NCBI GenBank assembly: GCA_964385425.1
Contig: CAYLOQ010000001.1
Span: forward strand, 86,602 to 150,601
Direction of reading: 5' to 3'
DNA from: Candidatus Woesearchaeota archaeon
Lineage (GTDB): Archaea > Nanobdellota > Nanobdellia > Pacearchaeales > GW2011-AR1
DNA: 64,000 nt
The notes beneath the pieces were generated by a model. It worked only from the letters and a program-made list of their open reading frames with translations. It had not been told where the DNA came from and searched no databases. The position numbers and the translations under genes are program-made. Every line of letters begins with the position of its first letter. Position 1 is the stretch's first letter. Positions 9,746-19,782 of the stretch are shown here, one piece after another.

Positions 9746-10360
9746 ATGGCTAAAAAAGCTGCTTCTAAAAAAAGGAAAACGACAAAAAAGAAAGTTAATA
9801 AATCTAAAAAAAGGAAAACGACAAAAAAGAGGAGAACAACTAGAATAAGATACGAATCAGTCAAAGAAATTAAGGTGGAAAGAGCCTTGGTAGAAAACTT
9901 TGTTGGTTTACAAAAAGTGATGGTGGGTCTCTCTGCCAAATTTGATAATCTCGCACACCAGATATCAAAACTGTTGGAGTTATTTGAAATTTCTGCAAAA
10001 GCACTTGCAAGAAAAGAATTTGGTATAGAAGGGAGTAAAGATAGTAAAAAAATAATGGAAAAACTAGATAATCTATCTGAAAAAGCCGGATTGATAGGGA
10101 AGGGATTGGCATTGATACACGAATCAGGTCAAGGCCTGCCTCCGCAACATAAAACAGGAGAGATTCCAGAACAGAGAGAAATGACTCAAATAAGGAGGCC
10201 ACCAATGGCTCCGGGAACCCCTATGGCCCAAAGAACCCCACAAAAAACAGCTCTAAAAAGTCCTGAAATGTCAGGATACCAGAAATCAATAACCTCTACT
10301 TCTGAACATAAAAAAACAAGAGAAGTTTCTGAAGAAGAACATGATCAAACAAACTTCTAA
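9746..10360 (+). CDS. Hypothetical protein with a lysine-rich tandemly repeated N-terminus (possible nucleic-acid binding)
   Basis: N-terminus KKAASKKRKTTKKKVNKSKKRKTTKKRRTT is encoded by a 23-bp direct repeat (aaaaaggaaaacgacaaaaaaga, present twice). The remainder is alpha-helical and Pro/Gln-rich. Confidence 0.4.
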   Translation: MAKKAASKKRKTTKKKVNKSKKRKTTKKRRTTRIRYESVKEIKVERALVENFVGLQKVMVGLSAKFDNLAHQISKLLELFEISAKALARKEFGIEGSKDSKKIMEKLDNLSEKAGLIGKGLALIHESGQGLPPQHKTGEIPEQREMTQIRRPPMAPGTPMAQRTPQKTALKSPEMSGYQKSITSTSEHKKTREVSEEEHDQTNF

Positions 10361-11012
10361 AAACTTCAAGACACTTTTTCTCTTACAATTTACAAAAGAA
10401 TTAATACAGAGTTCAGAAACATACAGAGAACTCAAGATAAAGGCAGAAGTTCACAGCGTAATTAAAGAAAAAGAATTAAAGGAGAAAGAAAAAGGAGAAT
10501 TAAAACCAAAAAGAGAAATAAGAGAAATAGTAAAGGAAAAGATAGAAGAAGATGAAAAAAAAGTAACTAGGATGGAAAAAGAAGGTATCCCAATTGAACT
10601 GGCGATCTTAAAGCGCCCTATAAGGAGAATTGAACATAAACCAAATATTTTGAAAATTCCTGAACCAGAACTTCCCCCGACAATCCGGAACATAAGACCA
10701 ATCCCAACGAGAAGAGAGATAAATCTAGGAAAACTCAATGTCCTAATAAGAGATCCATTGGTCAAAACCATGGAATGTAATGGGCCAAACGAAAAAATTG
10801 TGGTGAGTGGAACAATGGGAAGAAAAAATACAGGCATTACCCTAACAAAAGAAGAAATTGATGGTATAATAAGGAGATTCTCTGAAGAAACAAGAATACC
10901 AGTTGAAGAAGGAATTTTTAAGGTGTCTATTGGCAGCCTTATACTCTCAGCAATAGTCTCTGAGGTGATTGGCTCAAAATTCATAATTAATAAGATGGGT
11001 TATGGTTATTAA
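10341..11012 (+). CDS. Hypothetical protein (K/E-rich N-terminal half)
   Basis: 223-aa ORF; no confident motif. Confidence 0.35.
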   Translation: MIKQTSKNFKTLFLLQFTKELIQSSETYRELKIKAEVHSVIKEKELKEKEKGELKPKREIREIVKEKIEEDEKKVTRMEKEGIPIELAILKRPIRRIEHKPNILKIPEPELPPTIRNIRPIPTRREINLGKLNVLIRDPLVKTMECNGPNEKIVVSGTMGRKNTGITLTKEEIDGIIRRFSEETRIPVEEGIFKVSIGSLILSAIVSEVIGSKFIINKMGYGY

Positions 11013-11271
11013 AATGGGGGAAGACAATATTGAGGTTACTTTTACTCCTAATGAAAGATATGAACCACAGATCATGGGAAGAGGAAAGAGTGTTGAAGAA
11101 GCCCGTAGAGACGCAGAAGCAAGATTAGAAGAGTTATGCGTAGAAATGGGTTATGATCTGGTTTTCCTTGGAAGATTTGATTTAGATTTGTATCTGGAGA
11201 GCGATGGTGTTCATTATTGTAGGCGTGATGCTGCATTAATTAGAAATTTACCAGAAAATCAAACAGAATAA
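11002..11271 (+). CDS. Hypothetical protein
   Basis: 89-aa ORF overlapping neighbours by a few codons, which suggests an operon. Confidence 0.3.
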   Translation: MVIKMGEDNIEVTFTPNERYEPQIMGRGKSVEEARRDAEARLEELCVEMGYDLVFLGRFDLDLYLESDGVHYCRRDAALIRNLPENQTE

Positions 11272-12770
11272 TTTCCAAGGAATTCTTCAGCTTCTCCCTC
11301 AACTTCCTTTTGTTCTGAAATCCTCTTGGCTATATCCTTCAACCATTTTATCCTATCTCGTTCCATGAAAGATTCCAAGGTAGTTTTGTCGAGTTCTTCT
11401 TTATAAGAATGCTCTACCCAATAATCCCTTAACCCATATCTTATAATGATAAATCCGTTCTTTGTTTTTGCTTCTTTAACTTCTAGGGAAATACTCCCAA
11501 ATTCTGAAATTAATATAACCCTTTCTCTGTCAGTTAAATTCTCTGAAATTATTATGATTGTTAGGTTGGTTTCTATTTGAATTTCTTCTGGTTCAGGAAG
11601 TAATTCTACTTCTTCAGAGACAACCCCCACACTTTTTTCTTCAGGGATTGTTTCACTGGCAGAAACATCTCCTTCTCCTAACAGGGTTGTTAGAGAAACT
11701 ATCTCACTTTTACCATAGACCAATCTTAATTTTAGTTCTCCAGGCTCAAGAATTAAGTTTAATTTAGATAAATCTACAACAAGATCTTTCCCAGTTCCCC
11801 CTAAATATTCCTCTCCAAAACCCTTTTCTGATTCAAAATATCCTGTGGTCACGACAACCTCGTTACCTTCCACATTAATATCTATTTCACTATCAGACAA
11901 TTGTTCAAAATCTGTTCTCACGCTTCTCGGTTTAAGTTCTGCAGTCTCTCCTTCCTGCAATGTATAAGTAAAAACATTTCCTGCAGAAACAGATCCTTCT
12001 ACCTCACTTTCAAATTCTATGACAACATTTCCTGTTCCTGTTAATTTTCCAAAAAATTTTCCTATGACTCCTCCAGTTATGGGTGCTTCGCCTTCAGAAG
12101 GTTCTTCTTGTTCTGCTGGTTCTTCTATGATTTCCTCAAAAACATCAGATTCTTCAGCAACAATTTCTTCTGCTTCTTCGACCACTTCCTCAGGAGTTTC
12201 TTCTGTTACGTTTTCTTCTGTTTCAGATATCTCTTCGGGGTTCTGGGGAGTTTCTGGATCTGGTTTTTTCTGAGAGAAGATGCTCAATATAAAGTGTACT
12301 GTAGGGGATGTCTGTTTTTCTCCAGATATTCCATACCCTTCTCCTGTTCCAGAAACAGAAGATCCTTCGATATAAAAATCTCCTTCAACAGGATCATCTG
12401 AGATAACACTCTTTAAATCATATTCAAAAGTCTTATCTTTATTTTCAAAAACAATTTTAGATGATGCTGGTAAGAGTTCTCCTTCTTTCAGAGAAAGCCT
12501 TAATTTTCCCTCTAGTGGCTCTGCTTTTTGGTAATTTGCTTCTATATTTACTATGGCTCTCCCAGTTAAGGTTTCTCTAGGAAAAAAAGAAAAATAAACT
12601 AAAGCAACTACAATAAAAATTCCTAGAGCAATCCATAGAAATTTCTTATTCTTCGTTCCCTCTTCAGCACCACGATATTCCGATATGACCTTACCATCAA
12701 CTCTACGACTGTGATATATGTATGGCCCGTAAATCCTCCCTCCTTTTTTTATATATTTTTTATAAGCCAT
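11259..12770 (-). CDS. Membrane-anchored hypothetical protein with an acidic low-complexity region
   Basis: N-terminal TM helix (FLWIALGIFIVVALVYFSFF), then an extracellular region with an E-rich segment (EETPEEVVEEAEEIVAEESD...). Confidence 0.45.
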   Translation of the reverse strand: MAYKKYIKKGGRIYGPYIYHSRRVDGKVISEYRGAEEGTKNKKFLWIALGIFIVVALVYFSFFPRETLTGRAIVNIEANYQKAEPLEGKLRLSLKEGELLPASSKIVFENKDKTFEYDLKSVISDDPVEGDFYIEGSSVSGTGEGYGISGEKQTSPTVHFILSIFSQKKPDPETPQNPEEISETEENVTEETPEEVVEEAEEIVAEESDVFEEIIEEPAEQEEPSEGEAPITGGVIGKFFGKLTGTGNVVIEFESEVEGSVSAGNVFTYTLQEGETAELKPRSVRTDFEQLSDSEIDINVEGNEVVVTTGYFESEKGFGEEYLGGTGKDLVVDLSKLNLILEPGELKLRLVYGKSEIVSLTTLLGEGDVSASETIPEEKSVGVVSEEVELLPEPEEIQIETNLTIIIISENLTDRERVILISEFGSISLEVKEAKTKNGFIIIRYGLRDYWVEHSYKEELDKTTLESFMERDRIKWLKDIAKRISEQKEVEGEAEEFLGNYSV

Positions 12771-12834
12771 TCTGTAGGGTAACTCTTTTTATAACAAAAC
12801 TAAAGAAGATATTTAAAACTTTCTCAGAAAAATA

Positions 12835-13791
12835 TTAAACAGGTCCACAAGTATCTGTCTTCCAGACTTGATAACCATCTCCTACTGAAATTTGTGGGAC
12901 TGGGTCGCTCGGATCTAACCCTAATCTTATATAACTATAATCCCCCCCTGAACCAGAAGCAACTATGAAATCAAATATAAGTATACACCTAGATTCAACA
13001 CTACTAAAATTAACATAATGATTCTCAGTAACCCAATTAGGATCTGTTGTTGGGAGGTCAGGACTATCAAAAAATCTTTTGGATACAGAAGGCCATACAC
13101 TAAAGATTGTTCCTGTGTTTTGAGGAGGAAAATCAATGGTACAAATGTTTGAGTCGCAAAGACTTCCGGGAGAACAGGTTCCGCAACTAACACTGCCACA
13201 AGTTCCATTATCTGCTGTTCCGCATGTGAAAGATCCACAGATCCCTGAAAGTGTGGGGTCTGGTGCAGGAATACAGTCATCACCATTTCCGTTACCGTTA
13301 CCATTTCCATCCCCGTTACCATTTCCATTGCCGCCAACATTGACTGGAGGCTCGCTTGCAATTTCTTCTGTATCTGTTATATCTCCTATATTTTCTCCAG
13401 AACCAGAAGAATACAATGGAGCGACAGAAACATCGTCACCACCTCCAATGCCTGGAACCTCTGTAGAAATAAAGGTAAAAGTTCTCTCGTCTAATACTCC
13501 TAAAGCTATATCTCTATCTATGATTATGCTATCTGTTCCATTATAAAAAACAAATCTTACTCCTGTAACATCTCCTCCCCCCGGACTTCTTCTAACATCA
13601 ACCTTAATCTCTGTAGAATCTACATAAGCCCTCTTAATCCCAAAATCAAAAACAAATCTTCCAAGAGAGACGTCTTCAGCTCCCTCTGTAAACAGGTTTT
13701 TTATTACAACCCAGACGACCCCTACTGAAATAAAAACTAAAAGAATTATGAGAAGTGTTGTAATAACAGCAGACAAACCTCTTTTATCCAT
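12835..13791 (-). CDS. Archaeal type IV pilin-like protein (class III signal peptide) with a (GN)n repeat and a Cys-rich module
   Basis: N-terminus MDKRGLSAVITTLLIILLVFISVGVVW matches the class III (prepilin/archaellin-like) signal pattern K-R-G followed by LS and a hydrophobic run. Internally it carries GNGNGNGDGNGNGNGNGDD and CGSFTCGTADNGTCGSVSCGTCSPGSLCDSNIC. Confidence 0.5.
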   Translation of the reverse strand: MDKRGLSAVITTLLIILLVFISVGVVWVVIKNLFTEGAEDVSLGRFVFDFGIKRAYVDSTEIKVDVRRSPGGGDVTGVRFVFYNGTDSIIIDRDIALGVLDERTFTFISTEVPGIGGGDDVSVAPLYSSGSGENIGDITDTEEIASEPPVNVGGNGNGNGDGNGNGNGNGDDCIPAPDPTLSGICGSFTCGTADNGTCGSVSCGTCSPGSLCDSNICTIDFPPQNTGTIFSVWPSVSKRFFDSPDLPTTDPNWVTENHYVNFSSVESRCILIFDFIVASGSGGDYSYIRLGLDPSDPVPQISVGDGYQVWKTDTCGPV

Positions 13792-13836
13792 AAGAAAATA
13801 TGATTTTATGATTTATAAAATTAACATAAAATAAAA

Positions 13837-14103
13837 CTATTGTGTGGGTTGCTGAGCTTGTTGTGCTTGTGGATTAAATGGTGCTAACAATAATGTCTGA
13901 TTTCCTACCTGTATTTGTACAAAACCTTGCTGCTGTACTTGGGAGATAATATTCGCAAAAACAAGGCCCTGAGCATCAATTTGTTTTTGAACCACATATC
14001 CGTTAAATGTCGGTTTTATCCAAAAAGAGAAAATAACTACTGCAACAAGGATAACAATGACTAGTACCAAAAATCCGATGAGTAATGCTGTTCTATTCGC
14101 CAT
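13837..14103 (-). CDS. Small membrane protein with a Gln-rich tail
   Basis: 88 aa with an N-terminal TM helix (LLIGFLVLVIVILVAVVIF), then a C-terminus ending QQAQQPTQ. Confidence 0.35.
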   Translation of the reverse strand: MANRTALLIGFLVLVIVILVAVVIFSFWIKPTFNGYVVQKQIDAQGLVFANIISQVQQQGFVQIQVGNQTLLLAPFNPQAQQAQQPTQ

Positions 14104-14144
14104 ACAGAAATTAAATCAAACCCATTTAAAAAGTTTATGGCAAT

Positions 14145-14930
14145 CTAACTTATAGTTGTAATCTCAACCATTGTGATAACATCCTGCCAGGAAACATCTC
14201 CCTGAGCCCTCACATATACAGAAATAACATCTCCTGCCTCAAAAACAACGATGTCTTTCGACTGAACATCGTAGTCGCTCTTCACACCATGAGAACTTGT
14301 ATCGAAGGTGTTTCCAAATCCTATCGCTTCCCCATTCTTGTAAACTATAATCTCTATCTGTCCTACACTTGTCTGAATTACTTCTAAATTTGTGGAAACA
14401 GCAGTAATACTTCCGTCCCTCACCATAACATATCCTTTCTCCAGACTTCCCTCTACTCCTGTTGAGGTTTTCAAGAACCCTGATTCACTCTTGGCGCCGC
14501 TGAACCCGAAGTTAAGGAATTGTCTCTTATCGTGAGCAATGATTAAATCTCCTTGAGCCTTTAGTTCTTGAACAGAATAGGTTATTACATACACCTGGTC
14601 TTCTTCCCCATTTTCATCATAGGAAATTTCATATATAGCTAGATTAGTATCACCCACATTTTCTATATTCACTTCCTTGGGCAAAGATTCAAAATCAACT
14701 TCTCTTACAAGATTAATCTCTGAAGGGAGGACGCCCCTCTTCTTCACAAAATCCAGAATATATTCATGGACATCTCCTGAAATCCCTCCTGCAGAAGCTT
14801 TCTCAGCCACGTCCTGAACTTCTGCTATAAGTTCCGGAGAATCATCAATATCTTGTGCAGATATGAAAAACACACCAACACCAAATAATAAAAACAATAC
14901 AATCCCTAAACCGAAAAATATTTTTTTCAT
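14145..14930 (-). CDS. Secreted hypothetical protein
   Basis: Signal peptide (MKKIFFGLGIVLFLLFGVGVFFISA), 261 aa. Confidence 0.45.
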   Translation of the reverse strand: MKKIFFGLGIVLFLLFGVGVFFISAQDIDDSPELIAEVQDVAEKASAGGISGDVHEYILDFVKKRGVLPSEINLVREVDFESLPKEVNIENVGDTNLAIYEISYDENGEEDQVYVITYSVQELKAQGDLIIAHDKRQFLNFGFSGAKSESGFLKTSTGVEGSLEKGYVMVRDGSITAVSTNLEVIQTSVGQIEIIVYKNGEAIGFGNTFDTSSHGVKSDYDVQSKDIVVFEAGDVISVYVRAQGDVSWQDVITMVEITTIS

Positions 14931-15052
14931 TTCTCTTTATGCGAAGGATATCTTCACAAGCATTTCTTTTTTAATAAAAATACTAAAAGATTGTTATATT
15001 TAAATATTTCTCATTTCCGTATATTTAAAAATAGAAAAACTATTAAACGATC

Positions 15053-15334
15053 ATGCAAAACAAAATAACCAAACAAAAAATCCATAAATACGAAGAATTG
15101 ACCAACAAAGCACTGGATATTGCAAAAAGATCTATAATCAAGGGGGAAGAAAATCATGCCAGAGAAATAATTGAGATGGTTTCAAACTATCTTTCTGATT
15201 CAAAATATTTTGAAAAAACAGGAGATTTCGTAAATGCCTTTGCTGCACTAAACTATGCACATGGCTGGCTAGATTCAGGGGTGAGGCTCAATGTCTTCAA
15301 GGTAAAAGATGATAGGTTTTTTACTGTAAAGTAA
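15053..15334 (+). CDS. Hypothetical small protein
   Basis: 93-aa ORF directly upstream of pyrG. Confidence 0.35.
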   Translation: MQNKITKQKIHKYEELTNKALDIAKRSIIKGEENHAREIIEMVSNYLSDSKYFEKTGDFVNAFAALNYAHGWLDSGVRLNVFKVKDDRFFTVK

Positions 15335-15417
15335 GGGGGTTGTTTTTAGTTATCTAATCTATTTTACCCCTTTTTCATAATTATAAAAATTTATAAAAAA
15401 ATAAAACATTATTTATT

Positions 15418-17046
15418 ATGCAACGTAAATATATTGTTCTAACAGGGGGTGTTCTTTCTGGTTTGGGTAAGGGTGTCGCCCTTGCAAGTATAGGGAAAAT
15501 CCTTTCTTCTTCATATAAGATTGTTCCGATAAAATGTGACGGTTATCTAAACGTTGATCCAGGTACAATGAACCCTATTGAGCATGGAGAGGTTTTTGTT
15601 TTGGATGATGGAACAGAGGTTGACATGGATTTTGGACATTACGAGAGATTTCTTGGTATAAATTGTAAAAGTGAGTGGAACCTAACAATGGGGAAAGTTT
15701 TTCATATGATTCACGAAAAAGAACGCAGAGGAGATTATTTAGGTAAAACAGTGCAAATGATTCCCCATGTTTCTAGATTCATAAAAGATTATTTTCTTGA
15801 CATTGGAAATGAAACAAATGCAGATGTTGTTCTTATTGAAATTGGAGGTACTGTCGGAGATATTGAAAATGAACTTTATATAGAGGCTGTGAAAAACCTT
15901 TCAAGGAGTGTAGGAAAGGAAAATATTTTGTTTGTGCATTTAACTTATGTTCCAGTTCCTGTTGGAGTTAATGAACAGAAATCAAAGCCTACTCAACAGA
16001 GTGTTTCTTTGTTAAGACAAAAAGGGATAGAGCCTCAAATTATTATCGCAAGATGCTCTGAGATGTTAACAAATGATTTTAAAAGAAAAATTACAAGGGA
16101 TTCGAATATTAATAAAGATGAGATCATAACAGGAATTGATGTGGATAATATCTACAAAATTCCCCTAATTTTTGAAAAGCAAGGTATGTCCAAACTATTG
16201 GAGAAAAAACTAAATATCCCAATTCATCCTGAACTTGGAGCCTGGAATGACTTAATTATTAAGAAAGAGGATGCGCAGGAAGAGATTATTATTGCAATAG
16301 CCGGAAAATACACAAAACTTGAGGATTCTTATGCGAGTGTAATTGAGGCTTTGCGTCACTGCGAGGCTCATTTGGATGTTAAAATTAGAATTAAATGGGT
16401 TGAAACAAGCAACCAAAAGATTATTGAAGAAACTCTTTCCGAGGTCCATGGAGTAATTGTTCCAGGGGGTTTTGGGACTAGGGGAGTTGAAGGAAAAATT
16501 TCTGTGATAAAGTATTGCCGGGAAAACAAGATACCTTTTCTTGGGATTTGTTATGGGTTACAGGTGGCTATAATTGAGTTTGCAAGAAATGTCTGTATGC
16601 TCTCTGAAGCACACACAACAGAAGTTGATCAAAACTGCAGATATCCTGTAGTAGATTTTATAGAAGGACAAGAAACAATAAATGAAAAAGGCGGTACGAT
16701 GAGGCTAGGTGGTTATCCGGCAGTTATAAAAGAAAAAAGCGTTGTCGAATCTCTTTATGACAGCAATGAAGTGTCTGAGAGACACAGACATCGTTATGAG
16801 GTTAACCCTAAATTTCACGATATTTTACAAAGTAAAGGGCTGATTATTTCGGGAACTTCTCCTGATAAAGTACTTGTCGAGTTTATTGAATTATCTTCCT
16901 TAAACCACCCCTACTTTGTTGCTACCCAGGCACACCCTGAACTTAAATCAAGGCTGGAAAAACCTGCACCGTTGTTTTACGGATTTGTTAAAGAAGCAAT
17001 TAATTTTTCCAAAAACCCCTTGTTGCAGATAGAAAAAAGGTTATAA
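15418..17046 (+). CDS. pyrG: CTP synthase
   Basis: N-terminal synthetase domain (YIVLTGGVLSGLGKGVALASIGKIL) and a C-terminal class I glutamine amidotransferase domain (GICYGLQ, with a downstream His). Confidence 0.9.
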   Translation: MQRKYIVLTGGVLSGLGKGVALASIGKILSSSYKIVPIKCDGYLNVDPGTMNPIEHGEVFVLDDGTEVDMDFGHYERFLGINCKSEWNLTMGKVFHMIHEKERRGDYLGKTVQMIPHVSRFIKDYFLDIGNETNADVVLIEIGGTVGDIENELYIEAVKNLSRSVGKENILFVHLTYVPVPVGVNEQKSKPTQQSVSLLRQKGIEPQIIIARCSEMLTNDFKRKITRDSNINKDEIITGIDVDNIYKIPLIFEKQGMSKLLEKKLNIPIHPELGAWNDLIIKKEDAQEEIIIAIAGKYTKLEDSYASVIEALRHCEAHLDVKIRIKWVETSNQKIIEETLSEVHGVIVPGGFGTRGVEGKISVIKYCRENKIPFLGICYGLQVAIIEFARNVCMLSEAHTTEVDQNCRYPVVDFIEGQETINEKGGTMRLGGYPAVIKEKSVVESLYDSNEVSERHRHRYEVNPKFHDILQSKGLIISGTSPDKVLVEFIELSSLNHPYFVATQAHPELKSRLEKPAPLFYGFVKEAINFSKNPLLQIEKRL

Positions 17047-17068
17047 ATGATTTCTACCTTAAAAGTTA

Positions 17069-17758
17069 ATGAAAAAAAACATAGTTGTCCTTAGCCTTGG
17101 CGGAAGCCTGATAATTCCTAACGAGGTAGATGTGAAATTTCTGAAAAAATTTAAAAAAGTGATTCTTAGAAATTCAAGGAAGTATAAATTTTTAATTGGG
17201 TGCGGGGGTGGAAGTATTGCGAGGAAATATATCTCTGCCTTAAGGAAAACGGGGAGGGGCGCAAAACACCAGAGTCTTGCGGGAATCGCGGCCACAAGGA
17301 TGAATGCAAGATTCATGAGTTATTTTTTCAACATTGACCCTGAACACGGAATCCCACATACAAAAGAGATGCTCATGAAATACATCAAAAAAAACGATAT
17401 TGTTTTTTTCGGAGCTCTTGAATACAAGCCGAAACAAACCTCTGATTCTACAGCTGTAGAGATTGCAAAGCATTTCAAAACAAAATTCATAAACCTCACA
17501 AATGTCAAGGGTCTTTATGACAAGGATCCAAGAAAAAACAAGGATGCAAAATTCATTTCTAAAATAAACTGGAAAGATTTTGATAAGATGGCAAACAAAT
17601 CAAAATATATACCAGGACAACACTTTGTTCTGGATCAGACAGCTTCAAAAGTCATAATGAAGCACAAAATCAAAACCCATATTCTTGGAAAAGACCTGAA
17701 ACAGCTCGAAAACGTCTTGAAAGGGGAAAAATTTCTAGGAACTGTTGTTAATGGATAA
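17069..17758 (+). CDS. pyrH: Uridylate (UMP) kinase, archaeal type
   Basis: Amino-acid-kinase fold signature (IVVLSLGGSLI) and 229-aa size; it sits directly after pyrG. Confidence 0.75.
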   Translation: MKKNIVVLSLGGSLIIPNEVDVKFLKKFKKVILRNSRKYKFLIGCGGGSIARKYISALRKTGRGAKHQSLAGIAATRMNARFMSYFFNIDPEHGIPHTKEMLMKYIKKNDIVFFGALEYKPKQTSDSTAVEIAKHFKTKFINLTNVKGLYDKDPRKNKDAKFISKINWKDFDKMANKSKYIPGQHFVLDQTASKVIMKHKIKTHILGKDLKQLENVLKGEKFLGTVVNG

Positions 17759-17800
17759 AGTTGATTTAAAGTTTATAAATACCAGTGTTCTCTTTAAAAA

Positions 17801-18253
17801 ATGGAAAAGTATATGTTCATTCAAGAAGGTAATTTTGAAAAATCTAGGAAAAAAATAAGAGAAAATTCAAAAAAAAGGATTATTTTTTCTAGTAAAGACG
17901 ATGAACTAAATAGAAAAATTCTAGAAAAAGAAAAAATAAATGTTTTGCTCTTAAACCAGAGCCAGAGAAGAGACAGGCCAAAACAGAGGGGCTCTGGGCT
18001 CAATCACGTGCTAGCAAAAATTGCGAAAAAGAAAGGGGTAGATATAGGAATAAATTTAGATGAGATTCTGCAGGCAAAGGGAAAAGAGAAATCAAACATT
18101 CTTGCCAGGATAAGACAAAATATAAAGCTGTGTAATAAGAATAAACTAAATATGAAACTGCTTTCTCCAGAGGAAAATAAAAGAAACGATTACGACTTAA
18201 AATCTTTAGGATTAGTCCTTGGTATGCCAACATGGATGACAAACTCACTATAA
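17801..18253 (+). CDS. Putative RNase P protein subunit Rpp30-like (shortened)
   Basis: The C-terminal half (LNHVLAKIAKKKGVDIGINLDEIL...ARIRQNIKLCNKNKLNMKLLS) resembles the conserved Rpp30/Rnp3 PHP-domain C-terminus. At 150 aa it is shorter than typical, so the call is tentative. Confidence 0.35.
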   Translation: MEKYMFIQEGNFEKSRKKIRENSKKRIIFSSKDDELNRKILEKEKINVLLLNQSQRRDRPKQRGSGLNHVLAKIAKKKGVDIGINLDEILQAKGKEKSNILARIRQNIKLCNKNKLNMKLLSPEENKRNDYDLKSLGLVLGMPTWMTNSL

Positions 18254-18254
18254 A

Positions 18255-19781
18255 ATGGATATAAAGAAATTAATAGATTCATTAAGCCCTATTGAGAGAA
18301 AGATTCTCCCCCACATAGAAGAAGAGAGCTTGAGTGACATCTGCAAGAAGTCAAACTTGGACAAAATTAGTGCTGTAAGAGCGTTGGAGTATTTAAAAAA
18401 TAAAAAAATAATAAAGATATCTACTAAAAAAAAGAGAATAGTAGAGATAGGAACCAATGGAGCGCTCTACAAAAAAAAGGGCCTGCCAGAGAGAAGACTC
18501 TTAAATCTCTTGAATGAAAAAAGGATTCTTAAATTAGAAGATGCACAAGAGCAGAGCAGGTTGTCAGACGATGAATTTAAAGCTTCCCTGGGTGCATTGA
18601 AAAAAAAAGAACTTATAAATCTTAACAAAGGAAAAATAATTTTTAGTGCTAAAAAAGAAGAGATTTCTAAAAAGAGTTCTGAAGAATCCCTAATAGAGTC
18701 TCTTCCCCTAGAACATGATTCTCTCTCTAAAGAACAACTCCATGCCTTGAAATCTCTTCAGAGCAGAAGAGATATAGTACAAATAAAAGAAGAAAAAAAT
18801 ATAGAAATAGAAGTAACTGATTTAGGTAAAAAATTAATCAGGGGTGAGATAAAAGGACCAGGACTAATAGAACAAGTAACTCCTGAAACTCTAAGGAAAG
18901 ATTCTTCATGGAAAGGGAAAAAGTTCAGAAGATATGACATAACCCATCCTGTCCCAAGGATTAGTGGGGGGAAGAGACATTTTGTAAATCAGGCAGTTGA
19001 TTATGCGAGGGGGGTCTGGACAGACATGGGTTTTAAAGAAATGACTGGGAACCTTCTCGTAAGTTCTTTCTGGAACTTCGATGCGCTATTCACTGCACAA
19101 GATCATCCTGTTAGAGAGATGCAAGATACTTTTTTCATAGATAAAAAAATAGATCTACCAGAAAAAGCCTTAGTAAGAAGAGTAAAAGAGAGCCATGAAA
19201 TAGGTGTTGGAAAGGGGCATGAAAAAAGCAAGGGCTGGCAATATTCTTGGGATGAGGAAGAAGCGAAAAGACTAGTTATGAGAACACACACTACGTGTTT
19301 GTCTGCACAAACCCTAGCCAACCTAAAGAAAGAAAAAATGCCTGCTAAATTTTTCGCGATTGGTAAGTGTTTTAGAAACGAAACTGTTGATTGGAGTCAT
19401 AGTTTTGAATTCCATCAAACAGAGGGAATCGTCGTAGACAAGAATGTAAATTTTAGACACCTCCTAGGATACCTACAACAATTTTTCAAAAAAATGGGAT
19501 TTGAAAAAGTAAGATTCAGACCTGCTTATTTTTCATATACAGAACCCTCTGTAGAAATAGATGTATGGCACCCTGATAAAAAAGTCTGGTTGGAATTGGG
19601 TGGAGCTGGAATTTTCAGACCAGAGGTAACTATCCCTCTTCTTGGAGAAGCTATTCCTGTACTTGCATGGGGTCCTGGATTTGACAGGATATTGATGGAT
19701 TATTATAAAATAAAAGACCTCAGAGAGCTGTACAAAAACGACATTGCAGAACTAAGGAGAATGAAATTCTGGATAAAATAA
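18255..19781 (+). CDS. pheS: Phenylalanyl-tRNA synthetase alpha subunit (archaeal)
   Basis: 508 aa with N-terminal winged-helix repeats and class II core motifs (FFAIGKCFRNE, FEFHQTEG, GGAGIFRPEV). Confidence 0.85.
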   Translation: MDIKKLIDSLSPIERKILPHIEEESLSDICKKSNLDKISAVRALEYLKNKKIIKISTKKKRIVEIGTNGALYKKKGLPERRLLNLLNEKRILKLEDAQEQSRLSDDEFKASLGALKKKELINLNKGKIIFSAKKEEISKKSSEESLIESLPLEHDSLSKEQLHALKSLQSRRDIVQIKEEKNIEIEVTDLGKKLIRGEIKGPGLIEQVTPETLRKDSSWKGKKFRRYDITHPVPRISGGKRHFVNQAVDYARGVWTDMGFKEMTGNLLVSSFWNFDALFTAQDHPVREMQDTFFIDKKIDLPEKALVRRVKESHEIGVGKGHEKSKGWQYSWDEEEAKRLVMRTHTTCLSAQTLANLKKEKMPAKFFAIGKCFRNETVDWSHSFEFHQTEGIVVDKNVNFRHLLGYLQQFFKKMGFEKVRFRPAYFSYTEPSVEIDVWHPDKKVWLELGGAGIFRPEVTIPLLGEAIPVLAWGPGFDRILMDYYKIKDLRELYKNDIAELRRMKFWIK

Positions 19782-19782
19782 G

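Noticed and set aside
9771-9830. Short direct repeats that might suggest a CRISPR array
   Set aside because: Only two 23-bp copies, in frame inside a coding sequence (Lys-rich protein repeat). No further repeat/spacer periodicity and no cas genes anywhere in the window.
12963-13546. ORFs 12963-13361 (minus) and 13136-13546 (plus) overlapping the pilin-like gene
   Set aside because: They are alternative frames of the GN microsatellite and Cys-rich region. The class III signal peptide frame (12835-13791) is the coherent one.
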